This document shows, in pieces, positions 49,929 through 59,221 of a stretch of DNA of 64,000 nt; positions within the stretch are counted from its first letter, which is position 1; each line of letters opens with the position of its first letter. A program made the position numbers and the translations under genes. The notes under the pieces were generated by a model, which saw only the letters and a program-made list of their open reading frames with translations, did not search any database and was not told where the DNA came from. Source of the stretch: Phycisphaerae bacterium (lineage in GTDB: Bacteria; Planctomycetota; Phycisphaerae; UBA1845; Fen-1342); assembly GCA_963675745.2 (NCBI GenBank), contig CAXXWX010000023.1:64001-128000 (forward strand), read 5' to 3'.

Positions 49929-51524
49929 ATGGGACCGCAGGATCTATTGCTTGCGGCTACCTTGGGATTGGACTGGGTATTGTTGCTGTTGGTCTCGGCG
50001 GCCGTGGGAGGAGCGGCGGTCTGGGGGATCGACAAGCTACGAGACCGGGCCGCCAGGGTAGCGCGCGAAGCCGACGCTGAGCGAACTCTCACTGAAGCAC
50101 GCCAACGCGCCGAGGAGCTCGTCCGCACCGCGGAAGTTCAGGCAAAAAAAGAGTTCCTGGAAATGCAGGAGCGTTTCGAGCGCGAAACCGTCGAAACGCG
50201 CAATGAGCTGAAGGGGGCTGAACGCCGGCTGGCCAAGCGCGAAGACACGCTTGACAAGCAGATCGAGGTGCTCGACACCAAGGAGCGTAAGCTCGAGGAA
50301 CGCTCGCAGGAAACCAGTCGTCGCGAGAGCGCGGTCAAGGAACAGGCCCAGGCCGTGGAGTCAACGCTCGCCGAGCAGCGCGCCGAGCTATTGCGTATCT
50401 CCCGACTCACTCCCGAACAGGCCCGCGAAGTCTGCCTGAAACGCATCGAGGAAGAGGTCGAGCACGAGGCCGGCCAGATGGTCGACCGTGTCATCGGCGA
50501 GGCCCAGGACACGGCCCGCGAGCGCGCCCGGCATATCGTCATCGGAGCCATCGAGCGCTACGCCGCCGACCACACCAGCGAAACAACCGTTGCCTCCATC
50601 GATGTTGCCTCGGATGATATGAAAGGCCGCGTCATCGGACGAGAAGGCCGCAACATCAGGGCCTTCGAAAAAGCCACCGGCGTGACCGTCGTGGTCGACG
50701 ACACACCCGGTATCGTCAGCGTGACCGCGACCGACCCCATCCGACGCGAGGTCGCGCGCGTCGCACTCGACAAGCTCATCCGCGACGGGAGAATTCACCC
50801 CACACGCATCGAGGAAATCGTCGAGGCCACCAGCACCGAAATCGAGCAGCAGATCAAAGAGGCCGGCCAGAAGGCAACTCTGGAGGCCAACGTTCACGGC
50901 GTTCCGAAGAAGATGATCGAGCAGCTCGGACGTCTGCACTTCCGCACAAGCTACGGCCAGAATGTCCTGCGCCACAGCGTCGAGGTTTGCTATATCGCCG
51001 GCATGATGGCCGATGAGTTGCGACTTGACGGTGCGTTGGCACGGCGTTGCGGATTGCTGCACGACATCGGCAAGGGATTTGCGCACGATGAGGGCCTGGG
51101 CACACATACCAAGATCGGGGTCGACTATTGCCGGCGTTTCAACGAACACGAGGCGGTCCTGAACGCGGTCGAAGGCCATCATGGTGACATCCCGGCGACC
51201 ACGCCTTACACACCCTTGGTGATGGCGGCCGACGCCATCAGCGCCGCCAGGCCGGGAGCGCGGCGCGAGTCCCTGGAGCGCTACATCAAACGACTTGAGG
51301 AACTCGAGGGTATTGCGACGGGCTTCAGTGGAGTCCGCCAGGCACACGCGATCGAGGCCGGTCGGGAGGTACGCGTGATCGTTGATGCGGGCCAGGTCAA
51401 CGACCAGTCGGCGCTCAAGCTGGCGCGCGATATCGCCAAGCGCATCGAAGAATCAATGACCTACCCCGGCGAGATTCGCGTCACGGTCCTTCGCGAGCTG
51501 CGCGCGGTGGAGTACGCTCGCTAA
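49929..51524 (+). CDS. rny: Ribonuclease Y
   Basis: N-terminal TM and coiled coil; [17 protein letters not shown] (KH); [16 protein letters not shown] (HD); [14 protein letters not shown]. Confidence 0.97.
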   Translation: MGPQDLLLAATLGLDWVLLLLVSAAVGGAAVWGIDKLRDRAARVAREADAERTLTEARQRAEELVRTAEVQAKKEFLEMQERFERETVETRNELKGAERRLAKREDTLDKQIEVLDTKERKLEERSQETSRRESAVKEQAQAVESTLAEQRAELLRISRLTPEQAREVCLKRIEEEVEHEAGQMVDRVIGEAQDTARERARHIVIGAIERYAADHTSETTVASIDVASDDMKGRVIGREGRNIRAFEKATGVTVVVDDTPGIVSVTATDPIRREVARVALDKLIRDGRIHPTRIEEIVEATSTEIEQQIKEAGQKATLEANVHGVPKKMIEQLGRLHFRTSYGQNVLRHSVEVCYIAGMMADELRLDGALARRCGLLHDIGKGFAHDEGLGTHTKIGVDYCRRFNEHEAVLNAVEGHHGDIPATTPYTPLVMAADAISAARPGARRESLERYIKRLEELEGIATGFSGVRQAHAIEAGREVRVIVDAGQVNDQSALKLARDIAKRIEESMTYPGEIRVTVLRELRAVEYAR

Positions 51525-51608
51525 TACAACCGGGGCCGAGAATCAGAGGACGCAACCGCCCTCGGACCCTCGACCCCTTCACCCTTCGGCCCCCTCGGCT
51601 GATTCCTT

Positions 51609-53834
51609 CTAACGGGCCAGCAGCGCGACGAACGCGTCGATGTCCCCGTTGTTGATGTACCCGTCGCCGTTAATGTCGCCGAGCATCACGTCGCAGTCGG
51701 GGTACTCATCCGGGTACTGCTCCGGATACGACAGGGCGAAAACGAACGCGTCGATGTCGCCGTTATTGACCCAGCCGTCGCAGTTCATGTCACCGACCGC
51801 GAATTCCTGGTCCACCACCTCCAAGGTTACGCCGACGGCGCCGTAGACCACGCGCCAGTAGCGTCCGGCGGGGAGAGTCGGCAGCGAGACCTGGTTGAAC
51901 GTCCCCGAGCGCGCGCCGAACTTCACGACGCTGAATGTGTCCCCGATGTTGGGTACAAAGCCGTCGATCAGGCGCACGTCAAGTTTGCCGCCCAGTGTCG
52001 CCAGGCCGGTGATAAGAAGCTGATCGTATTCGCTTACCACCGATGTGCCGCTCAGCCTGATTCTGAGCTCGGCTGAGCTGGAGGCGGTGAAGTCGCCGAC
52101 CACACGCAACCTGCCGGTGGCCAGCGTGTTCGCCGTGGGCAGGATGTAATTGTGGTTGACCAGCGGGCCGGCGATGGTGGTGTTGTCTGCGATGGTGCCG
52201 CCGCCGTAGATTGCCCCTTCGTTCAGGAACGGCTTGCCGCCGCCGGCGGTAACCGTGCTGCCGCCCCAGATGGTCATGTTGCCGTAATTCTCGATTGCGT
52301 TGGTATAGCCGCCCCCGGTGGCGGTAATCGGCCGGGTTGATGTCGCCGTGATGTTCGCATGGTTGACCAGGTGGGTACAGGTGAACGGTCCCACGTTGTT
52401 GAACGTGCCGTAATTCGTCAGTGTGCTGCCGCTGAAATCACCGGCGTAGTAGTCAAACGTGCCGTTATTGGTGAGGTGGCCGCTGAAGGTGCCGCCGTTC
52501 GTTGCCGCGTCACCCATCTGGAACGTGCCATCGTTGGTGAAGTTGCACATGAAGTAAACACCGGGCATCACCCGCGGGCCGCGCACGTGGCAACTGTCGT
52601 ACATCTCGAACAGGCCCGCCGTGTTGCTCAGGTTGAGTGCGCGAAAATCGGAGCTGTTGTAGAGCGTGGCGCCGAGCGGCGAATTGTTGGTGTAGTCGCT
52701 GGTCGTAAGAATGCCGCCGAGCTGCTGGTAGTAGCCTGAATGGTTGATCACCTCGCCTTCGACATCGATCGTACCGGCGCCAGTGGAGAGGTAGACGTAG
52801 CTGTAGGCGCTGCCGGCGTCGCCATCCCAGATTTCGAGGTTGCCACCGACGGTAACATCGCCGCCGTAGTTTGTGAACTTCGCCAGCGTGTAGGATCCCA
52901 CGAACAGATTCGTGCCGATGTCGAGGATTGTGTCGCCGTCGTCTTCGTTGGTCGTATACACGGCGCGCTGCGTGTGCGACCCGTTCGCCCCGATGGTAAC
53001 GGCCCCCGTGGTCGTGACCGTACCGCCCGACTGTGTGAACTCACCGTTGCCGTTGAAGCAGATCGTGATGTGGCTGCAGTCCAGCTCCCCACCCCTCATC
53101 AAGTACTCGCCATAACCGCCCGTGTTCAGGCCCAGCATGACGGCGGCGGCATCAAAGGTCCCGCCGGTCTGTTCGAACGTGCCCGTGGAGCCGTTGCCGA
53201 TGACTGTATTCGAATGAACGGTCAGCGTCGTGCCGGAGGTCGAGTCCTTCAACCAGTAGGTGCCGGGATCGTGGTCACCCACGTAGAGAGTCTGGATTTC
53301 GGCGTCGCCGGAGACATGGTCGAAATCCCCCGGCGCGTAGTACCCGACCGAGCAGTAGTGGCCGACGTACAACCCGCTGCCCGGCCCGCTGGTGGCCATG
53401 TAGAAGTGCCCCGTGTAGTCGCCGTAGTTGCCGACGAACAGGTCGTCGTTGACCCAGAGGAAGGGCGGGCCCTCCATCCAATGGAAGGCCTCACCGTCGC
53501 CACCGATCTGCATGTCCGTGGTCGTGAGCGCGTACTCAAACTGCCAGATCGCACCGTAGAGCGTACCATCGCCGTCGATCTTCACGTTGCCGAAACCCGA
53601 GATTCCCGACCAGTCATAGGTAACCGCCTTGTGCGCCGGGCCACTTACGATGATCTCAACGAAGTCGTTGGCCTGTGGGCAGTGTCCCAGGCTCCAATTG
53701 CCGGGCACATTCCAGTCACCACCGTTGGCCGGCACGTAGGAAATCGTTGCCCCCATTGCCATGAACGGCGCCAGCGCCCCCAATAGCAGCGCGGCTCCGA
53801 ACGCCGTCGGTTTGTAATCTTGTTTGTGGCGCAT
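51609..53834 (-). CDS. Secreted beta-helix/autotransporter-passenger-like repeat protein with dockerin-like tail
   Basis: Signal peptide; repeated G-x-F/Y-x-Q-x-GG units; YDQLLITGLATLGGKLDV; GDMNCDGWVNNGDIDAFV. Confidence 0.8.
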   Translation of the reverse strand: MRHKQDYKPTAFGAALLLGALAPFMAMGATISYVPANGGDWNVPGNWSLGHCPQANDFVEIIVSGPAHKAVTYDWSGISGFGNVKIDGDGTLYGAIWQFEYALTTTDMQIGGDGEAFHWMEGPPFLWVNDDLFVGNYGDYTGHFYMATSGPGSGLYVGHYCSVGYYAPGDFDHVSGDAEIQTLYVGDHDPGTYWLKDSTSGTTLTVHSNTVIGNGSTGTFEQTGGTFDAAAVMLGLNTGGYGEYLMRGGELDCSHITICFNGNGEFTQSGGTVTTTGAVTIGANGSHTQRAVYTTNEDDGDTILDIGTNLFVGSYTLAKFTNYGGDVTVGGNLEIWDGDAGSAYSYVYLSTGAGTIDVEGEVINHSGYYQQLGGILTTSDYTNNSPLGATLYNSSDFRALNLSNTAGLFEMYDSCHVRGPRVMPGVYFMCNFTNDGTFQMGDAATNGGTFSGHLTNNGTFDYYAGDFSGSTLTNYGTFNNVGPFTCTHLVNHANITATSTRPITATGGGYTNAIENYGNMTIWGGSTVTAGGGKPFLNEGAIYGGGTIADNTTIAGPLVNHNYILPTANTLATGRLRVVGDFTASSSAELRIRLSGTSVVSEYDQLLITGLATLGGKLDVRLIDGFVPNIGDTFSVVKFGARSGTFNQVSLPTLPAGRYWRVVYGAVGVTLEVVDQEFAVGDMNCDGWVNNGDIDAFVFALSYPEQYPDEYPDCDVMLGDINGDGYINNGDIDAFVALLAR

Positions 53835-54191
53835 GGTCAGACTCCTATCTGAGTGGTGGGTGTCGTCACTGTTTCGGAATCACCCGTTGTGTCGCACTGC
53901 CCCGGCCGCTCGTCGGCCAAACTCCGTTGGACAGCCCCTGTCCACTAGAGATCACGACAAATCCTGCTGCGGACCTTGGCAAAAGCCCCCACGCGCACCG
54001 TGAGCGCAAGGAAACCAGTTGACTCGAGGTTCGGAGTGCCGGGGTGTGAGTCTGGCGGTGAATCAGGCAGGCAGGTCAAGCGCGGCCAGACGTGCTGGTC
54101 GGATCGGAGCCGGCCCGCGGCCCGCTCTGGCAACGGTGCTCAACCGATGGGAATCGCCGGCGCAAACCTGTGCCGCAGCCCCGCGCAGGTT

Positions 54192-55361
54192 TCAGACATG
54201 GGCCGCGGCGGCGGCGCGCTCCTGCAAACGCGGCAATTGCTCGCGCAATACGGCGGCTTGCGGCGAAGTCGGATACTTGCTGATCAGTTGGCGAGCGATC
54301 GCCAGCGCCTCGGCGAAGTGCTGCTCTCTGATCAGGTCGCGAATCTGCCCTTCCATCCGCTGGCGCTGCTGAATCTCGACATTGTCGCGCAGCGTCGGGA
54401 GCTGTTGGCGCAGAGCCTCGGTCTCGGCCGCATCCGGGTAACGCTCGATCAGGAGATTCGTCAGGTCCAGGGCCTCGTGCCAGTCCTTGCGGTCAGTCGC
54501 CGTCTGAGCCTGGGCCAGCAGGCGCGCCCGTTCGTCTTGCTGAGCTTTGGCGCGTTGGGCGGTAATGCGATGCGCCAACTCCTCGACCTTCTTTGACGCC
54601 GGATGCCGCTGAACGAGGTCTCGTACGATGTTGATTGCGCGGTCCCAGGCGCCCAGCGTGGCCAGGTCGGAAATCTGCCGGGTGGCATTCTCAATATCGT
54701 GAGCTTCGATCTTCTCGCGCGCCTGCTCGATTTGCAGATCGAGCTCATCCCACTCGGGAAGGGTCGGAAAACGCTCGCGCGCATCCGCCAATCGCCGGCG
54801 CGCCTGTACAAACTTATGCTCACGCAACAACTGCGGGACTTCGCCGGCGAGCTCATGCAACAGCGCTTGCCCCTGCACTTCAAAACGCTTGGCGCGCTGC
54901 TCTTCGCTGAGCAGCGTCAGGTTACGAATATCGACCAGCAAATCCCGCAACTGGCCCAGCGCCAACTCCACGCCATCACGCGAGCGGCGCGCCGGCGCGC
55001 TCACCGGGGCCGGCTGTGGCTGGAGCACGATCTGTTCCTCGGGGGATTCTGCCGCCAGGACAAGCTGGATGTTGTCCAGTTGCCGAACCGCCTCACCCAG
55101 CGCCCACAGCGCCAGGGCCCCACCCCAGGCCGCCAGCAGAAGCGCCACCACGTTGACGGTCAGGTACCATGAAAAACCGGCGGCCGCCGCGGAAACCTCC
55201 GCCGGTAACTCGGTGCCGGCCCCCCAGATCGCCCAAAGCTGCACTATCGCCCAGACCAAAGCGAACAGGCCCAGGCCCAACGCCGCCACCTCGAGCGCCG
55301 CCCCGATTACACGCGCCTTACGCGGTCCGGCCGACTCTGTCCCGTGTACCGATTCACTCAT
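54192..55361 (-). CDS. Hypothetical membrane protein with TPR-like helical repeats
   Basis: Two TM helices followed by repeated EAL....L...YP...A helices. Confidence 0.75.
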   Translation of the reverse strand: MSESVHGTESAGPRKARVIGAALEVAALGLGLFALVWAIVQLWAIWGAGTELPAEVSAAAAGFSWYLTVNVVALLLAAWGGALALWALGEAVRQLDNIQLVLAAESPEEQIVLQPQPAPVSAPARRSRDGVELALGQLRDLLVDIRNLTLLSEEQRAKRFEVQGQALLHELAGEVPQLLREHKFVQARRRLADARERFPTLPEWDELDLQIEQAREKIEAHDIENATRQISDLATLGAWDRAINIVRDLVQRHPASKKVEELAHRITAQRAKAQQDERARLLAQAQTATDRKDWHEALDLTNLLIERYPDAAETEALRQQLPTLRDNVEIQQRQRMEGQIRDLIREQHFAEALAIARQLISKYPTSPQAAVLREQLPRLQERAAAAAHV

Positions 55362-55478
55362 GTCGCACCTTCGACAATCCGCCCCCTGTCATTATTTGCC
55401 TCGGCGTGAAAAAGGCAATAGCGTCGCACGGCAGATCCCCGGCGTCACGCACCGGCGACGACGCCGGCGCAGGCTGCG

Positions 55479-56885
55479 CTAGTTCATCCCTGATAAAATC
55501 GGCAGGCCGTCCGAGCAGCGTAAGAAATTCAGGGCCGGCGGCGGCACGCCAGGTGACTCCTCAGCGGCGGCCGAAACGCGCTGCATCTGCTCCGCAACCT
55601 CGACAAACGCGTCGACAATCGTCGGATCGAACTGCGTCCCGCTCTGCGCGATGATCAGCGCGCGGACTCGCTCGTGCGACTTCGCCTGACGGTATACACG
55701 CGTCGAACTCGCCGCATCGTACACGTCGGCGACCGCGACGATGCGCGCCGCCAGCGGAATATCCTCGCCGCTGAGCTTCTGGGGATAACCTGATCCATCC
55801 CACCACTCGTGATGACTCAGCGCGATCTCCCGCGCCATCGCCAGAAAGTCGTTCTCTCCCAGACGATCACCGATCGCGGCGAGGCACTCGGCGCCGATGG
55901 CCGCGTGTTGCTGCATGATCAACCGCTCCTCCGCCGACAGCGGCCCCGGCTTGAGCAGGATGGCGTCTGGAATCCCCACCTTGCCGATATCGTGCAGCGC
56001 CGACGCAAACCGCAGCGTCTCAATCCACGCGCTGTCTATCTCAGGATGTCGCTTCGCCACGGCACGCGCCAACAGGGCGCTGAGACTCTGGAGCCGCGTG
56101 ATGTGGGCCCCGGTCTCACGATCACGGGAATCCGCCAGCCGGGCCAGACCGAACATGATCGCGTCGCGCGTCTGTACCAGGGCCGCCGTGCGCTGAAAAA
56201 CCTTCTTGCGCAATCCGCGGTTGTGTACGGCCAACTCGTTTTCGTAGCGATTCATGATGCGCAGCGTCAGCAGGCCGGTGAGCAACACCAGCACCACGGC
56301 AATCGCGAATCCCGCCCCACGCAGCGGGACACCGGCCACCGTCCGCCCGGAGCGGTCCGGCGCCAACGGGCGGTGAACAACCGCCACGTACGGCGAACCG
56401 GCAATGCGCTGGGCGGCGATCAGTTGGTCGCCGTCCGGAGTGTCCACCTGTCCAGCCACAATGCTATTGTTTCCGGCGACGCACTCCGCCAGCGGCTTGC
56501 GCTGGTCACCTTCCTGAAGCAGCCAGCGCCCCAGCCGGATGTTGCGCAAGGCCGGCTCATCACGCAGACGCCGATCCGCCACCAGCGCGCCGTCGGCGTC
56601 GATGATGCTCAGGTGCCAACCTTGAGGCAGCGGCAGTTCCTCGAGCAGCCTCTGAAGCTCCGCCAACGAGGCGGCGTGCGAATCCGGGGCGCGCTCTTTC
56701 ATCCGGATCGCGAGCTCGTGTACGGTCTGGGCGGTGATATGCTGGTGGCTGGCGACGTACTGCTCAGTGAGCGCGTGCTGCCAGGCATCCGCCTGCCAGC
56801 CCGAGTACCAGAGCACGCCCGCGGCCAGACAGATGAACTGAGCGGCCAGGATGCTGGCAACGAGAGCCCATGGCCTACGAATCAT
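55479..56885 (-). CDS. HD-GYP phosphodiesterase with an extracytoplasmic sensor region
   Basis: Two TMs; RDRETGAH; LHDIGKVG; HHEWWDGSGYP; ARIVAVADVYDA. Confidence 0.92.
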   Translation of the reverse strand: MIRRPWALVASILAAQFICLAAGVLWYSGWQADAWQHALTEQYVASHQHITAQTVHELAIRMKERAPDSHAASLAELQRLLEELPLPQGWHLSIIDADGALVADRRLRDEPALRNIRLGRWLLQEGDQRKPLAECVAGNNSIVAGQVDTPDGDQLIAAQRIAGSPYVAVVHRPLAPDRSGRTVAGVPLRGAGFAIAVVLVLLTGLLTLRIMNRYENELAVHNRGLRKKVFQRTAALVQTRDAIMFGLARLADSRDRETGAHITRLQSLSALLARAVAKRHPEIDSAWIETLRFASALHDIGKVGIPDAILLKPGPLSAEERLIMQQHAAIGAECLAAIGDRLGENDFLAMAREIALSHHEWWDGSGYPQKLSGEDIPLAARIVAVADVYDAASSTRVYRQAKSHERVRALIIAQSGTQFDPTIVDAFVEVAEQMQRVSAAAEESPGVPPPALNFLRCSDGLPILSGMN

Positions 56886-57149
56886 GCACAGTGCCTCACC
56901 CGGCGTTGGCCTGGGAAGTCACGCGACTCCCTCCTCCGCAGTCATTGTTCGGGTGAATATGCCCGCAAACTGTGCTGTCGGCCGGAAGATCGGCGTCCGC
57001 GGCGGAGATGCACGCGATTATGGGGCAGCCGGGGCCGGAGAAGTCCGAATCCCCCATCCAGCAGTTACCGGCACGGCGTGTTCAGATGCACCAGCAGCGT
57101 CTACCGCCGCTCCCGGTTCGGCCGTTTCGCGCGCCTGGCGACGTAGCAA

Positions 57150-57231
57150 TGTAGCGGCCTGCGCCCCGCAGGCCGTCGTCACGAAATGGCGTTTCCGATA
57201 TCCGGCGGCCGGCGAGGCGCCGGCCGTTACA
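57150..57231. repeat. 82-nt REPIN-like doublet
   Basis: TGTAGCGGCCTGCGCCCCGCAGGCCG...CGGCCGGCGAGGCGCCGGCCGTTACA. Confidence 0.75.
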
Positions 57232-57283
57232 CATTGCGCCGAGGGATGGCGCGAAACGCGGTACGCCGCCAGCGGAAACGGCC

Positions 57284-58390
57284 CTAACTCTCCGCCGGGC
57301 TCTCCTGCGTCGACGCGTTGACTCCGCGGGGCCGCCCTTTTCGCCCCCGATAACGCGTAACCTCCCTCACATAGCGCTTGCCTTCGGAAGTCACGTGGTT
57401 CCGCGCCGAGAACGGGACGTCGTTGGGCAGCTTGGGGAGAAGCTGCGATCTGGCCAACTCGCTGAACTGACTCTTGACGGCCGCCGCGTCGTAGTCGCCG
57501 CCCGTGCGCGCGTTCAATCCCGCGGCAATCACGCGCAGGGCAACCTCGTTCGGCAGCAGATTCGCCAACGTCACCTTGGTCTCACGATAGAGCTGCAAGA
57601 GGTGATCAACGTGCAGCCCCGGCCAGGCGCCGTTATCGCGCGTGCCGCCGTCCGTCTCGGCAACACCCGCCAGACGCTTTCGCGTGTGTTCCGCGTACTC
57701 CGGCGAAATGTCGATCCCGATATACTCCCGGCCGAGCCGTTGGGCCGCGACGGCGGTGGTCCCGCTGCCGACGAACGGATCGAGCACAATGTCACCCTTG
57801 TTGCTGCTGGCCATGATGATGCGCATCAACAGCGCTTCGGGCATCTGGCAACCGTGAAACCCCGCCCGCTCCTTGAACGTCCCGCACACGCGCGGAAACT
57901 CGTCCCACACATCATTCGGTAATCGTCCCAGCGGGCTCGCGCGCAGATCCTGGTACTCGGTGTGCCGCGCGCTTGGAAAACGCAACGCGCGGTCATTGAA
58001 GACGAACTCGCGCGCATCTTTCGTGAAGTAGAAAATGTGCGTGTGCGCCCGGCAGAACTTCGTGCGCGTGTTCTGCCCGAATGTGTAGTGCCAGATGATC
58101 CAGTTGCGCAGGTGCAGGCCCAATTCGCGGCCGATTACCCGAATGTCGGCCGCAAACTCATCACCGATCGCGATATAAAACGCCCCCGTCGGCTTGAGCG
58201 CGCGGCTAACCGCCGCCATCCACGCGCGCGACCATTCCACGTACTCCGCATCCGGCACATCGTCGTGGTACTTGTCGTAGACGTAACCGATATTGAACGG
58301 CGGATCGGCAAAAGCAAGGTCGACCCACCCCTCCTCGTCGCCGTTGAGCAGTTTGATCGCATCGCCACAATATATAGTGTTTGTATCCAT
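57284..58390 (-). CDS. Beta-class N6-adenine/N4-cytosine DNA methyltransferase with C-terminal extension
   Basis: FADPPFN (motif IV) precedes VLDPFVGSGTT (motif I). Confidence 0.92.
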   Translation of the reverse strand: MDTNTIYCGDAIKLLNGDEEGWVDLAFADPPFNIGYVYDKYHDDVPDAEYVEWSRAWMAAVSRALKPTGAFYIAIGDEFAADIRVIGRELGLHLRNWIIWHYTFGQNTRTKFCRAHTHIFYFTKDAREFVFNDRALRFPSARHTEYQDLRASPLGRLPNDVWDEFPRVCGTFKERAGFHGCQMPEALLMRIIMASSNKGDIVLDPFVGSGTTAVAAQRLGREYIGIDISPEYAEHTRKRLAGVAETDGGTRDNGAWPGLHVDHLLQLYRETKVTLANLLPNEVALRVIAAGLNARTGGDYDAAAVKSQFSELARSQLLPKLPNDVPFSARNHVTSEGKRYVREVTRYRGRKGRPRGVNASTQESPAES

Positions 58391-58471
58391 CAGATATCCC
58401 TCATATTGACATCCAGCATTATATCAGGATTGGGCGACCAGCGCCAGTCTGCACGCGATAATGGCTGGAGA

Positions 58472-58969
58472 CTACCTCCAGAACCGCTCCCGGAGCTTGC
58501 CAATCCGGCGCCAGTGCGTGCCCTCCCAGAATACGTGGCCGCAATCCGCGCAGACGTAGTACTCCGCCAGCCATACCAGCGTGCGTGCCGGCACGCGATC
58601 GGCCACCTCCGCGCGGCCGACGCGGGCGAGCGACCCGTTGCAAATCGTGCAACGTGGCGGCGCCGGTGTGATGCTCAGCGCGGGGATGACGATCTCGAGC
58701 TGCTCATCGACCGAGATGCCCACGGGCAGATGCACGCCGCGCAGCTCACCTCGTGTAAATACACGCCGCAGAAACAAGCCGTTGTCCGAAGAGACAACGA
58801 CGCGGCCTTGCGCCAGTGCCAGGGCAACCAGCTCACCGTCGTCGATCCCCTCGATATAGGTTGTATCAACGCCGAGCAGGCGCAGCCAACGGGCCAACCG
58901 CCCACAACACGCATCGCACGCAACGAGCGGCTGACCGGTATCGTCCTTCGACGGATTCATGGGAGACAT
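58472..58969 (-). CDS. Mut7-C RNase-domain (PIN-like, DUF82) protein
   Basis: CDACCGRLARWLRLLGVDT; RCTICNG..CADCGHVFWEGTH. Confidence 0.88.
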   Translation of the reverse strand: MSPMNPSKDDTGQPLVACDACCGRLARWLRLLGVDTTYIEGIDDGELVALALAQGRVVVSSDNGLFLRRVFTRGELRGVHLPVGISVDEQLEIVIPALSITPAPPRCTICNGSLARVGRAEVADRVPARTLVWLAEYYVCADCGHVFWEGTHWRRIGKLRERFWR

Positions 58970-59221
58970 GATACCGCACGGTTTCCGCCGACTCGGCGCG
59001 TAGCCGCGCGTTGTACACGCGGTGCGCACGAAGGGGCATCCGGATTATGCCGCTGGTAGTTAACCGTAGCACGGTGACTGCACGTCGCCCCCGCGCCGCG
59101 TGAGCCGTCGACGCACCAACCCTGGACAGGCCGAACCGATTGAGCCGGTCTCCCCCCAGATCAACGGCGTCGCAATATGCGCGACGACCGCTCTGTGTGC
59201 TTCCCGCCGGGCGGAAGGCGA

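Noticed and set aside
57284..58969. MTase plus Mut7-C as a restriction or defence pair
   Set aside because: Mut7-C is a widespread stand-alone protein, the MTase appears to have its own promoter, and no nuclease partner is evident.
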